The notes beneath the pieces were generated by a model. That model did no database searches. It saw nothing but the letters and a program-made list of their open reading frames with translations, and had not been told where the DNA came from. Below are positions 37,383 through 50,553 of a DNA stretch of 64,000 nucleotides, in pieces. Positions within the stretch are counted from its first letter, which is position 1. Each line of letters begins with the position of its first letter. This DNA comes from Puccinia triticina (taxonomy: Eukaryota): the NCBI GenBank assembly GCA_026914245.1, contig CP110439.1, forward strand, positions 8,680,001-8,744,000, written 5' to 3'. The translations under genes and the position numbers were made by a program.

Positions 37383-40300
37383 CTACCCGCCCTTCGGCGC
37401 CACCCTTCTTTTTGCCTTTTTATCCCGAACTTCTGCCATCTGTTGAAAGTTCTCTACAAATTTATTAGCCGCAACTGGAATGTGATTTTGCAACACCCAC
37501 GTGTCTTCACCAGGCGTAGAATTCAACCAGGAGATCAAATAGTCAAGCTTACCCTGCGTAGAATTCAACCAGGAGATCAAATAGTCAAGCTTACCCTTCT
37601 TTACACTCCTCACATCCAACACCACCCTGATCTTGGTCCAGTCCATAACTTGATTGTCACTATAATATTTATGCTTTATTCCCAACATTGAGTTGCGCCC
37701 TGCGACCGCTACCGGGCTCACATAACGTGTCAGCAGAGAAACATTAAAAACTGGATGTAACTTTGGGTAATCAGCCGCCAAATCCAATTCAACTGCATTT
37801 GTACCTACCATTTTCTTTACCTTGAAAGGCCCAATGTAACGGTAATCTAACTTAGAGTTCACCCTTCAAGACTGAATGAATTTTTGAAGAAGCAAAACCT
37901 CATCGCCTTCTTGATACACGGGAGATTGCCGCTTTCCTTTATTGTAATATTCCGCTTGTTTTACGCGTGCCTGTCGCAAGCTCCATTGTCATTTCCTGGG
38001 TCACCTGTAAATCTGTCAAAAATTCATCTAACCCCTTCCGACCAGTGTTTTGCGTTAAAGTATTAAAGCGCGGGTGAAAACCATAAGTAAAAAAGAAAGG
38101 GGAAACCTTTAAACTCGCCAATCAGTGTTATTAATGGAAAACTCCGCCATTTCCAAACGCTTATCCCAATTATCCTGATAGTAGGAACAAAAATGCCTAA
38201 GACAGTCCTCAAGGACCTGATTCATACGCTCTGTCTGCCCATCTGTCTGCGGGTGATAAGCCGTAGACAAAACAGACCTAATATTCAACGATTTCATAAG
38301 CGCCCTCCAAAATTCACTCACGAAAGTACTCCCTCTATCAGAAACAATTTTATTGGGAAGGCCATGCAGGCAGAAGATGTGCTTTTGAAACAACAAGGCT
38401 AAAACGGCGGAAGAAGACGCTTCCTTGCAAGGGATGAAATGAGTCAGTTTACTAAGCAAATCAATAACAACAAGGATAGAATCAAATCCACCCGCTAAGG
38501 GCAGTTTTACAATCATATCCATACCAATAATGCTCCAAGGTTTAGGCTCTGCCACAATGGAAACAAGCTGTCCATCGGGGGAACGTTGCCGAGCTTTCAC
38601 CCGCTGACACGAATTGCAGCTATTCACATACTTGATCACCGACGCCCTCACGCCCGGCCAAGAAAACGTGTGTGTCAACCCCGACAGAGTCCTTGCTATT
38701 CCTGGATGACCCGCCGCCGGCGTATCATGGTACATGATCAAAATCCTTGTCCGCAAGGAAGAAGGAACTAAGACCCTGTTTAGAGACCAATAAACATTGT
38801 CAGCAAAGCAAACACCTTTTATTGTTTTATCAAGAGGTAAATAATTATCTGCAAAATATTTCAACAAGTCAGCAGTCGTATGCTGAAAAAATAAATCATG
38901 AGATGACAAAGGAGAGGTGATATCATCACCAACTATCTCTTCACAATCCACCATTCGCCTGGAAATGAGATCAGCATTGCAGCCCAAAGGCCTACCATCG
39001 TAGTAATCGTCCCATCTGCTTGGGCCATCTGCAGGATTACGCAAGCCTGCTATATGATAAATTAACATATTAAAATTATCTAAAAAAAAGCCCACCAGGC
39101 TTGCTTCGGAGACAGATATTTAGCAGTTTTAAAGTATAAAAGGTTAGAATGATCGGAGAACATCATTACAGGGTTTACTGTGCCCATTAACCATGCGCGC
39201 CACTCTTCGCAAGCCAAGACTATTGCCAACAATTCCAAGTCAAAGATCTTCCAAGAACGTTCTCGATCAGACAACTTTTGCAAAAAATGACTGACCGGTA
39301 AGTAATCCCCCTTAGCATTTGGTTGACTCAAAACAGCCGCAATTGCGTATCCAGAACTATCCACATGGACAATCCTATCCTTTTCAAAATCAAAATGCAG
39401 CAACAAAGGTTCATTGACAAACAAATCCTTAAGCGCCACAAAAGCGGCCTTTGCTTCATCAGATTTTAAAAGCATAGAATCACTATATTTTTCCTGCGTC
39501 AACATAGTCAAAGGGCCTGCAACAGAAGAGAAGCGAGGAATAAACCACCTATAAAAGTTAGTAAAACCCAAAAACTTGCGAAGTCCTCGGACTGAAATTG
39601 GCAAAGGCCAATATTCAATGGTTTTCAGCTTGCTCCTATTCATCTTAAGTCCCTCATCCGTGATGTCAAACCCCAAAAAGGTCACCATAGAGCAGAAAAA
39701 CTCACACTTCTTCAAAGAAGCCTTCAACAAATATTCCTGTAGTTTCATCAAGATGTTCTTTAAATCTGCCAGATGTTGTTCTCTTGTCTTGGAAAAGATC
39801 AAAATGTCATCAATATACACAAAGCAACAAACATCCAGAAACTCTTGTAAAACGTGTTGAATAATACGCTGAAATGTCGCCGGCGCATTAGCCAAGCCAA
39901 AAGGCATTACCTGGTACTCGTACAACCCCCAAGGGGTCCGGAATGCTGTCTTCCATTCGTGCCCCTCCGCCACTTGCAAAAGATTAAAGGCAGCCTTCAA
40001 ATCAATCTTTGAAAGGAACTTGCTTCCCTGTAAATTGTTCAGTAGATGGGATATCACAGGAAGCGGATAGGAATCACGAACCGTCATACTATTTAATATC
40101 CTATAATCAACACAAGGCCGATTTGCCTTACCCGCCACTTTCACATAAAAAATGGGTGCTGCCGCGGATGAGGAGGATAACCTAATGAAACCTTTTGCAA
40201 GATTATCGTCAACATAAACTCTCAACTCATCACGCTCGGCTTTACTCAGATTATACATCTTCCCGAATGGTGGCACCACTCCGTCCTTGAGATTCACCTG

Positions 40301-41741
40301 ACAATCAAACTGACCCCGATGGGGCGGCAGGCAAGCTAAAGACTCAGTGACGAAAACGTCAGAAAACTCATGCGTAAGCAACTTTGATTCATTGCAAGTC
40401 ATTTCACAAATTTCTTGTGCACTATCATACATTACAATATAGCTGTTAGAGCCTCCTACAAATGAACCCGAATCTTTCAACCATGAATTACCTAGGATAA
40501 TGTTTGCCGAAGCTAATCTTGTTAAGTGTAGGGTTACATGCGAACAAAGAAAAGAGCCGCAAGCTGTGGGAATCAAAATACTCCCTTTTGCATAAGAATC
40601 AATCACACCCGACTTTGCCACAGAACCATCGAAGGATTTACATTGAAGCCCCACCTCCATTGGGAATATATCTAAATTAACCTTTTTTGCAAAGTTTGTG
40701 TCAATGAAGGATGTAGATGCGCCGGAGTCAACCAAGACATAAGCGTCAGCTCTACATTTATTATTTATTAACAAACTCCCGTTAAAGAAAGGTCTATTGT
40801 CTGCGTGAATAGATTTATAGACGAAATGACTGTGCTTACTATCACTGGCGCTCATCTTCTCCGCCATACAGGTGTTGAAGAAAATTTCACCCGCCGTCAT
40901 TTCTCCCACAGCCTCCGTTGAAATAGCATCCGCCAACAAAGAAGGCTCGCCCCCACAACCATGAGATTGGGATGCATGCTTCTTAAAGGGCAAGCCGTCG
41001 ACCTCCGCAAGAGATTGACATTTCTTCCCTTTATCGGGACGTTCAACCGGAGAATCGGAGTCGCTGCTTTCCCGTTGAGGGCGGGGTTTCGCCGCTGACG
41101 AACCTGTCAATCGCCTTGGCAGGTTTTCTGGAGCCCATTTCGATTCACTCCGTCTAGTATACCCAGCCTTCTTCCTGCGAACCGCACCGCCCCACTCCTT
41201 CCAAAAACACAACATGTCCGTCAAATCCATCTTCATATCGGTTCCCATGGTGCAACCCCTCTTCTGATAGTGAGCCTCGTCGAAAGCTCCGCCACATCGA
41301 ATGCAGATATTGCGATCCACACAAAGCTGAAGAAATTCCGCATAAGAGAAGCCTGACTCCTTTATCGCCAAGGAGATCTCATCGACGTCCATTGCATCGG
41401 GGTTAGGCATCTTTGGAACCAAATGTTGAGCTTGCGCAGCCGGAGGATGATGTTGAGACGATTGATTGATTGAGTGGGTTTGATGTGATTTGGGATCAAG
41501 AATCTTGCTAACACCCGCCAAATTTCGCGACACCAAGACCGCAATTTCCTGTTTAACATCCAAATCGGTGACATCGTTCCAGGGTCCGCGAATAAGCGCC
41601 AGCTTCACAAGATTTGGGTCGATAGCCTTGTCGTAAGCCTTGCACTTCAAACGATCATCCAACTTCAAAGGGCAAAGAAGCGCATTAAACAGAATATTAA
41701 ACTCTTCAATTGTCTTGCTTCCCTGACGAGCTGAATAAAAC
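37383..41741 (-). pseudogene. Gypsy gag-pol (protease, RT, RNase H, integrase, chromodomain), frameshifted
   Basis: LVDSGAS, MPFGLANAPATFQ, VYIDDILIFS, VHVDSSGYA, HDTPAAGHPG...C..CQ, SDRGSTF, YHPQTDGQTER, YIGPFKV, and a C-terminal YLISW...EDTW chromodomain. Confidence 0.93.
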
Positions 41742-44700
41742 CAACACTGCAACTGTTCCGATCCGTGGATCGTATCGGCAATACCATGGATTGGGTTTAA
41801 TTTCGTTCCATAGTTTTGCCAAGGCAGGGTAACGGATAGCCGGGGCGATCCAATCCATGGGATCGGATCTGTAAAACCAATACATACTCAGCTCAGATCA
41901 TGGATCGTCTCGCAATACCGGTACAATCCGATCCAGGATCGCAGGGCTTTTTTTTGTGTGTATAATTCTTTACCCCATGGTTTCTTTGTGTGTAAGTTTA
42001 ACTCTTTACTTTGTGTATATTGTATTTATATATTTAACTAGCTTTACTTTGTGTATATTGTAATTATTTATATATTTAACTAGCAGCTATGTGGCCCCTT
42101 AGTAAAAGTGGTGTATATTATGGGGCTTGGACTCGGCAGAAGAGACAGACTATTGTATGGGCCGGGATAGATAGAAGATGAAATAGGGAGTAACAAGAAA
42201 CAAACGGGGGGAGGATAGAGAGAAACTCTAAAATTTACGGCTTCTCCTGATCGGGCACCTTTCTGGTCTTGATCATTTCTGTGTCTTCCATACATGATTC
42301 AACTAAAAGTTGAGCTTCGGCGAAATAGCCATCGGGTTTGACTCCCTGCTTGAGCCACTGATGGGAACTAACACATCTCTCAATTGTTCGCGCAGCCAAA
42401 CCACCTCGGCCTCGTCCACATGTATCTGCGGCGGCAGAGAAAGTCCGTTCGACACTAGCTGATGTTGCAATGCAAGCCAAGTAGTCCCGGGCTAATGTTG
42501 ATAAGATTGGAAATTCATGTTCATGTTCCTGAATCAATGAACATGTAAATATTTAGTCCAAACTTTCTCGAGTAGCTCTACATAGCATTGGGTTGTTGCT
42601 CACCTTTCACCAGTCGAGGCACTGGTCGGCATCAGATGAGTGCAGCTTATATTTACCTCCGAGATAAACGGTCATCTCATCGTCCAATGGGCCATCGTTG
42701 GTCTCAGGGAAAAAATCCACATCCGCCAACAGGCGGTGATGCTTGCTGCCTTGCGACTTCTTTGGGATCGGAGCCAAGCATTCAATTGAATATTCCCTCG
42801 CAGCTGAATCGACTTCAGATTTCCGAGCTTCATATTTCTCTTGTATCAGTGACTCGGCGTGGTCGTGGTGACTCGGGAACCATGCCTGAAACATGGAGAG
42901 CCGATATGCTGGGTTGAGAACTGTTGCAAGAAGGATTACATCGCAGTCGAGGGCCTCACGGAGATAAGTTTCAGTCTTGGAGGCCATTTTGTTGAACATA
43001 GCCTGGAACTCTGGTTTGGGTGCGGACTGCTTCTTCTTCTTGATGATCTCCTTGATGTATTAGTATTCGGCGAGCATCAGGCATGCGGACGAGGTATCAG
43101 CTTCTATCTTCTTTGTGATGAAATAGAATTCCTAGTTAAAACATGAGGGACCAATCAGTTTAAGTTGTTGTTTTTCAACAAATAAGTGATAAACAAAATG
43201 CAAGGTGTTACTTACAGCAAGGATATCGTTCAATTTATTGGCAATCTCCCAATCGTGTCGGTAGATATCACAGTTGTTGAAAAAGTTCTTTCTATTCCCC
43301 CCTTCAATATCTTGTTGATCTTGCTCGTTTTCAATTAGCTTGGTGATTACATTGCAAGCCTGATACGCGCGGTCCCTGCTCTGGAACTTGATTTTCCACC
43401 GAATACCATAGCCGGCGATGAGACTGGGCCCCTCGTAATCAAGTTTCTTGGCCCAAGTGTCAAACTCGGATCGTTTGGCTGCTGAAGAAGTAATTCGCTG
43501 GATTACAAATTCAATCTGTGAGAAGGGTCAGTACGATATGCATACACCTGTGTTTGGGGAAATAAACATACCTTTTTTAACGCACTAGATAACCGAAATC
43601 CATCCTCATCATCAGATATTGTCTTTGCAGGTTGAGCTACATCCTCGTCGTCTGACTGGGAGTTATTTTCACTGTCAATTTCTTTGGGTTCACACAGTCC
43701 CAAATCCAAGACGGCTCCTGAGTCGTCTATAATGTTGGACTCTCCAACAATTGCGTCGAGTCCCGGAGCAAATCCAAGTGTGCTGTGTTTCTGTTTGGTC
43801 AGCCCAGACGGGCTCAAATCAAGCGCCTTGAGGCCGGCATTCAAGATCAGCGCGATCTTGTGGCAAAAGCAACGGATGTGGTTTGATGAGAGATTGATGT
43901 TGGTTCCGGTGTTCTTGAGGATCAGCCTATTGACCTTGGCGGCCATTGTTCCATTGTTGGATCCTGAATCAGTCGTCTGAGCTATGATGTAAAGGTTAAA
44001 AAAGGTTAACTAAATGTTTGGATTCTGATAATTGAATGTGAGATCGATCAACTTATCTTTTCGTGAAGGGAAGCCTTTGTTATGATGTAGGCAAATGGAA
44101 CTGCTAAGAATTTACCCCGATGGGTCCATGCAATATACTTCAGACCAAGGTGGGATACACAGTAGACCCAGTCTTTGGATATGTAGCCAGCCGATATACC
44201 CATGAAAGCGTGGTGATTCCCCTTCGTGGTCCAGATGTCATGGATTAGGGTTATCTTGGAATCAAGTCCCTGAGATAGACCGCCAAATAATTGATAAGCT
44301 GATTTGGGATATCAAAGGATAAGGGGAGAGAACGGATTTTCTTACCTTCAGTTGAGAGAGAACCTTCTCTTGTAGGTTTAGATAAAGTCGATGTGCCTCT
44401 GTCGCGGCCCAAGTGCGAGTATAAAGCTGGACCCCACGTCAAACGTAATGAAAAGCAGCCAAGAGGAGAGAATCTTCCAACCGAGTCCATGGCAACGACA
44501 AACGGATGAGCCACATGACAAGCATCATGTTGAGGAGCTTGTTGTCGAATTCACCGTGCTTGACAAATTTGGCGACCATTCCGACTTGCTTTGCCTTTTG
44601 TTTAGCCTCGATGTCTCTCAACGTGAGAGGGAGCTTAGCCCCCGCCTTGATTGCGTCCAATCGTCCGGGGCAGGGTGCTCGTTTCAGGTTGCCATCTCGG

Positions 44701-45806
44701 TGCTTGATTAAGTTCCCCCTGGTTTCTTCGGACCACTTGTATATGTTTGGGCACCAACGACATTGATAGTGTAGAGGCGGCCCGGTAGTCTGTTCAGATA
44801 TGTAAAATGTTTCAATATCAAACATGTCATTGTCATCATACTATAGCAAACTGAAGGAATGCAACGTACTTCTCCTTTGCCACGTGTGGGTGCTTCATAG
44901 TACTCCTCAACATTGTCGAAATTGTCCTGTTTTTTCCCGCGAGTTTTTTTGTTCTTTATCTTCAAGTTTTCCTCATCGGAGGCCTGCGTAAGGTCCATGA
45001 CAGCTTTGGAGTGTTCTTCGGATTTGATTTCAGTACTAGTAGTCTTTCTTTTCTTTTTTTTTGCTACAGGGCGAGTGATGGAGGAGCTGGAAGGTGGAGG
45101 TGGCCGTTTACAATTTTGACTGGCAGTGGATGTAGATGTATCTGCGACCTTATCCGAAAATTTACGACCTTGCCTTGCAGTGGCAGTGGATTCATCAGGG
45201 ACCTTTTCTGGCGGGCTTGCGTCGTCTTCAGACAACTCGCTGGCTGGAATCAAAGAGGGCTGATCCTTGCGGACTAAAGATCATCGAGTATCCTTGTCAG
45301 GTCGGACGTAGTTGGCATGTCTCACTGGGGTGGTCACACGGCTTGATTGGCAGGGTGGGGGACGTGAGGGAGTCGCCGGAATGCGGGGGGAAGATAGAGG
45401 CCGGGCAATCTGGCAAAGATGAGCTGGGGGAGTGGAGCAAGGCAGCCTCAATCCCTTAGCCAGCCGAGGAAATGAGGCTGTCCCCTGGGCAAGACTGGAG
45501 GCAGGTGCATTTGCATATTTTTATGCATATTGTGGGTTGGGGCCCCTCTATACCCAGTCAATCCAAGCCCTAACCCAATACACATTAGAGTATCGAAACA
45601 CACCCTGGTATTTACATGGATTGGATTGGCAGTTCCGATCCACATATACCCCGGCTGGTGTATCGGACCGATTGCACCGATACACCCGACATCAATAATG
45701 TGGATCGTGTTGGCCAGTCCAGTCAATACAAATCCAGTTTATCGGCCCGGATTTTGGGCCGATACCAACCGATACCGTTCCACGGATCGGAACAGTTGCA
45801 GTGTTG
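41742..45806 (-). mobile_element. hAT-type DNA transposon nested in Gypsy gag
   Basis: 27-bp TIR CAACACTGCAACTGTTCCGATCCGTGG / CCACGGATCGGAACAGTTGCAGTGTTG, 7-bp duplication ATAAAAC, GGATC/CCGAT subterminal repeats. Confidence 0.92.
42235..45400 (-). pseudogene. hAT transposase, multi-exon, with premature stop
   Basis: YQCRWC, IHDIWTTKGN, TTDSGSNN, IRCFCHKIALIL, ATVLNP, LARDYLACIATSASVERTFS. In-frame TGA near 45283. Start codon uncertain. Confidence 0.85.
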
Positions 45807-46764
45807 ATAAAACTCAGACTCGGCTTCTTCAAGTTCATGATGATTAGCAAAAGTTTGTTCGATAGCTTCAATGAAGGAATCCACATCCTGAAGCTCAGCT
45901 ATAACATAATCCATCTTTGCAGAAGCTTTGAGGGGCGGCAAATGTAAGACCTCCGCATTTTTTGAGAGCAATCCGCACCACCACCACCAGGGATGTTTCC
46001 ATGGCACTTGCATGCAAGTGCTTTCTGGTAACTTGACAACACATTTTGTTTGAGCCCCGGGACATGGTGGTTGTAAGTCATGCATAACTTTGGACCTGTT
46101 TTGGTCAAACCTGTCTGAATTTCAGTTGATCTTTTGTGAAAATCAAGTGTAAGTCTTGTGCAAATCAGTTGAAAGTTCAATTGAGTCTGTGTTCCAGCTG
46201 TTTGACATCCAGCCCAAACCTACACCAACGTAAATAAGATCCATCTGATCCGATCAAATTATAATCTGAGTTACACCTCACTAATCCCAGCACATATAGA
46301 GAAGTTGCTAGACCTGGTGATGGAATTTCAAATCTCACCCCTGTTTAGATGTTTCTTCTCAACAGCTGCTTGTTTGCAGAAAGTTTGCGATCACAAAATG
46401 TTGTTTTTTGTGTAACATACTTATGCTTTGAAATTTTATATGCTGACCCAGCAACTCACATCAAATATTCCAGGGCCAACATTTTGCATGTCTTTGCATA
46501 CAACTAGTGACATTATGAGCATAAACTGTGTTCTGCCGATGCAAATGATGACCAGAGGTTTACTTTATATAAACTTTTATGGATAACCCTTCATATCTCC
46601 TCGGTAAATCCACAAACTGAGCCAAGCAGGCTACCATATGTAACGACAAACCAAAAATTGGCACTTGATCCACATCAGAATTGATAAGGAGGTGAAACTG
46701 ATATATCTCCCTGTGTTTGCCGTCACAGTATCCTCTGAAGTATTACGCAACCTCTCCTTCCAAA

Positions 46765-49161
46765 ATGGCTGATGTTTTCTGCCTTGGTCAAATCCTTATT
46801 CCATTTTCCTCAAGATCAACAATCTATCCGCCCGATGTTCCCCAGGTTGCTTTCCTTCAGCGGGGGAACCACCGAGTCCATCTGTTAGGTTCTGAAAGTC
46901 TTTTGTTTGGGGATCTCAGCGAGATTGAAAGCAGGTTTATTGGACAGTTGTTGGGACCCATTGGAGGCTGTTCCACTCGGATCACCGAAGAAAAGTTTTC
47001 TACTACAGACCAGTCTTTAATAAAACTTCAAGCATTTGTGGTCGCAAAGAATGCAACACTTTCTCAACTGCGGGGATGTGTTTTTAGTCGGTCCAAGGAT
47101 GTTCAAACGGTTCTTTCTTCATTTTCTAGCGCAGGAATTGAGCTGCTGTCAATTTGGAACTATGACCAAACCCTTTTCTTTAATATACCACACCTGACAT
47201 CTGCCAATCATCAACTTCCAGAATCTGATGATAACATAAGTCTCCGCCCATACCTTGCAAAGTGTCGCACAATATTAAAAGATCACCAACTGAGTGCCCT
47301 TCGGTTTCTCAAGAAGAACGAATCTAGCGAAAACATGATTTCAGAACTCTGGCACCACTCCGACAACGACTGGATCAGGGACAGTGTTGAAGATTGGAAT
47401 GAACCGGTGGCTAGTAGTGAAGGTGGAAAACCACGAGGGTCGATACTTGCAGATGATATGGGGCTTGGAAAGACGTTGACGGCATTGATGTTCATTCTAG
47501 CGACTAGCCAATCAGCCCTCAGCTTTCAGAGGTCTTCCCTTGACAGTACACAATTGATGTCTGCTGCTACCCTTATCATATGTCCTCTGGCAACCCTATC
47601 AAACTGGGAAAACGAGATCCGAATCCATTTTCATGCAAATACAATACCCTACTGTCTCTTCCATGGGAGAAATTGAGGAGGCGTTACAAAAAAGGAGCTA
47701 CTTTCTTCCATGGTTGTGCTGACAACATATAACATGATTGGCCGAACATCGAACACCTCAACAAGTGCACCGATGATTGAATCTCTGAATATCTGCTGGT
47801 TCAGGATAGTCTTAGACAAAGCTCAGTAAGTACAAGAGGCAAACTCTCTCAAGGGAAGCAATATGAAGATGCTAATTATGTATAACATGTAGTATGATCA
47901 GGAACCAAAGTGCAACAAGGACACAGCTTATTCAACGTCTCAATGCAAAGTTTTTCTTATGTCTATCTGGGACTCCCCTGCAGAACCGCTTGACCGACAT
48001 ACAAAGCCTTGTTGAACTGTTGAAGATACAACCATGGAGTAACGAATGGATATGGAAGAATTTCCTAATACCTAACATAAATGTTGGGTCAAGCCACGCT
48101 ATCAGATCTCTAAACAGGCTTATGGACGGAATATGCTTGAGGAGGACAAAGGAGGTCTTATTGAATTTGCCACCAAAGACGGAACGTGCTGTGGTCGTAC
48201 ATCTCAGTTCTGACTGGGAGAAAGTATCACAAGACCTCCATCAGACTTTTGTGGAGAGTTTTGGGCGATTAAGAACCTCGGCAGATGTTTGGGATTTTGG
48301 TGAATTCTTCCGGCAACTTACAATGATTCGACAATTTTGTAATCATCCACTTTTTGCGAGGGAAGAGGTTGAATTTAACGGGGAATGGGAATGGAATCAC
48401 TCAGCAAAGGCGGTTCACCTGATCAATAAACTCAACGTATTGGCACATCAAGGAAGTCAAGCAAGGAAACCAAAGTCTGTGGTATTCTCAAACTATGTTG
48501 GATTCTTAAGGATGTGAGCTGGACGTTTTTTTAATCTCAAGCTAATACACCTTTGATTTCATCTACTGACAACAAACATTGTATATTTTTGGAAGAATTG
48601 AAAACGGCCTTCAAGCAAACAGCATTCAATCCACATGGCTTACTGGGAAGATGAGCATCTCACAGCGTGATGAAAGTCTGGCTCTTTTTTGGTGTAGTTC
48701 TGAGTGCAATGTGCTTCTCGGTTCAATTGGAGCGGCTGGAGTGGGGATAGATTTAAGATGTGCAGAAAATGTTTATATCATGGTGAGTGTAAGAGAGCCA
48801 AAAGCCTTATTTATGGAGATCTGACATAGGTTTGTATTTTTGAAGGAACCAAGCTGGAATCCGGCCATGGAGGCACAGGCGGTGGACCGTCTATACCGTC
48901 TAGGGCAGGTGAACCCAGTAAATGTATATAGGTACTATGTACATGGCACACTAGAGATGAATATACATCAGATACAGAGAAGGAAAGGAGAACTGGAAAC
49001 GTAAGTATTTCTCAAATTTGTCTGTTGCCTTGAATCTAAGGGAAACCATGTTTCAGGACGTGCACTAACTAGCTGATCTGGTGTCTAGGCTAAGTGTTCC
49101 TTCCGGTGGTGATGAAGAGTACCAGTCTGCTCAGTTATTGATGAGTAAATTATCTAGATGA
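46765..49161 (+). pseudogene. SNF2-family (Rad5/Rad16-like, RING-less) helicase/ATPase
   Basis: LKDHQ, GSILADDMGLGKT, TLIICP, VLTTY, RIVLDKA (DEAH degenerate), LSGTPLQN, RQFCNHP, KSVVFS, AAGVGIDL, EPSWNPAMEAQAVDRLYRLGQ. In-frame TGA at 47674. Confidence 0.92.
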
Positions 49162-50295
49162 AATGAAGAGTTATCAACTTACACAATTTATGAGTGATCT
49201 CGAAGAGTTTGGAGAAGTCAATTGGAGGCTGAGGGTTAAGGAGGAGTTTAGGTGTCTCAGATAGTGTATTGATGTATTCGGGTGAGTAGCAGTTGATTGG
49301 TAAATTTATGGGCACGTCAGAAAATTTGGGGGGAGTGGACAACATAGGAACTGAACGCCGGTTTTTGATTGTATAACTGTGTACATATTTGGGGCCTTTG
49401 GTGTTTGTTTTCTTGTGGATATGGATTTTGTCAAGTTGCTGAGCAAGGCTGTTGAATTCAGAAGACCTCCATGACAGTGGAACTTTGATGAGCGACTTGT
49501 CCTGTAGGCGTTCGGTTTCAGAAGTGCATTTGATGTCATCAAATAACTCCTTTGTTTCAGTTGATATGTCGAGGTTGGACAGTGTCTGTTGGCGGTGTTT
49601 CTGAAGCTAGAAAATTGGATTTGGGTACAGAATTAGTATGAGTGAATGAGGATGAGTGAGAAAAGCATATCCCCTACCTGGCTTCGCAACTTGGATTTCA
49701 ACTCCGATTGTTTCTTGTTATTTTGGCGGATAGGGGAAAACCTTCCAAGCCTAAGACCTTTGGCTCTTCCAAGGAACCAGCGGTGTAAGGTACCCATGTG
49801 GAGTTCTTGGTTTGAAGCTTTGCTAGGATCGATGTAGAATCTCTTGAAAACCCCGTATTGGTGGGTGTGTCTCCAGTGCTTGAGAATAAATTGGGCAATA
49901 GACTGGTTCCAGGGTGAGTCCCAAGGATATTGCCAAGCAAAGGTTGCTCCGGGAAATCCAGATGCTGCAACATCTTGAAGATATAGAACTCGGAAAACTT
50001 CGGGGATCTTCTCGCTTTTGAGGGAGGATGCACTTTCTGGAATGTGAGATATTGGATGAATCAAGATTGAGTGTGGAAGGCTGCAGCCGGTCTGGTAATC
50101 TTGAGGGGATGGACAAATCCTCCAGGCTTCTGAAGATTTGGTGTTCAAGTCTAGCAATGTGCGGGTAAATGCAGCAATACTCCGACACAAAGGTGAAGTT
50201 GACTTTGGGAGTACAGTGGAATAGATACTATTAACTTTACGGGTGTTGGTTGGAGGATTGTTACCGGTGAAGTGAGAGTGAGTTAAAGTATTCAT
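49154..50295 (-). CDS. Unknown-function protein, element gene A (paralogue of 55886-57614), 2 exons
   Basis: ATG 50295, intron 49607-49677. Motifs TFAW...SPWN, CTSETE...WRS...LD, PINCYSPEYINTLS. Confidence 0.72.
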
Positions 50296-50517
50296 TGTGG
50301 GATTTTGAGCGAGTTGTTGGGGGGGGAAGTCACATAACGTGGTCCTCTTATACAAAATCATTCGGATCTGGGTGAGCAAGAAGTGTTGATCTCATCCCTT
50401 TGTGTTCAGAATCTCAAAGGGGTTCTTAATTCTGGGCAGCATTGCATGAATGGCCCAGAAATACATACATAAGATTTATTATGTAAAGTGTTTGGCAGAG
50501 GTGGATGAGTACGTTGA

Positions 50518-50553
50518 TGTCACCAAAACGTACGCGCGTACGTTTTGGTGACA
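50518..50553. repeat. 36-bp perfect palindrome, copy 1
   Basis: TGTCACCAAAACGTACGCGCGTACGTTTTGGTGACA. Confidence 0.97.

Larger units (their letters stand above)
37058..45984 (-). mobile_element. Ty3/gypsy chromovirus-type LTR retrotransposon, degenerate, with nested insertions; 5' part lies outside the window or is lost
   Basis: Candidate 3' LTR ~37058-37351 (TG...CA) and purine tract GAAGGGCGGGTAGAA. Gag continues across the nested hAT (…EAESEFY|SARQGSK…) up to ~45984. Confidence 0.85.

Noticed and set aside
42005..42084. ~40-bp AT-rich tandem duplication
   Set aside because: Ordinary slippage repeat in the hAT 3' non-coding region.
46313..46319. CCTGGTG as the right TIR closing a short element from 45985
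   Set aside because: Only 7 bp match the left end, there is no matching TSD, and Gypsy gag does not resume afterwards.
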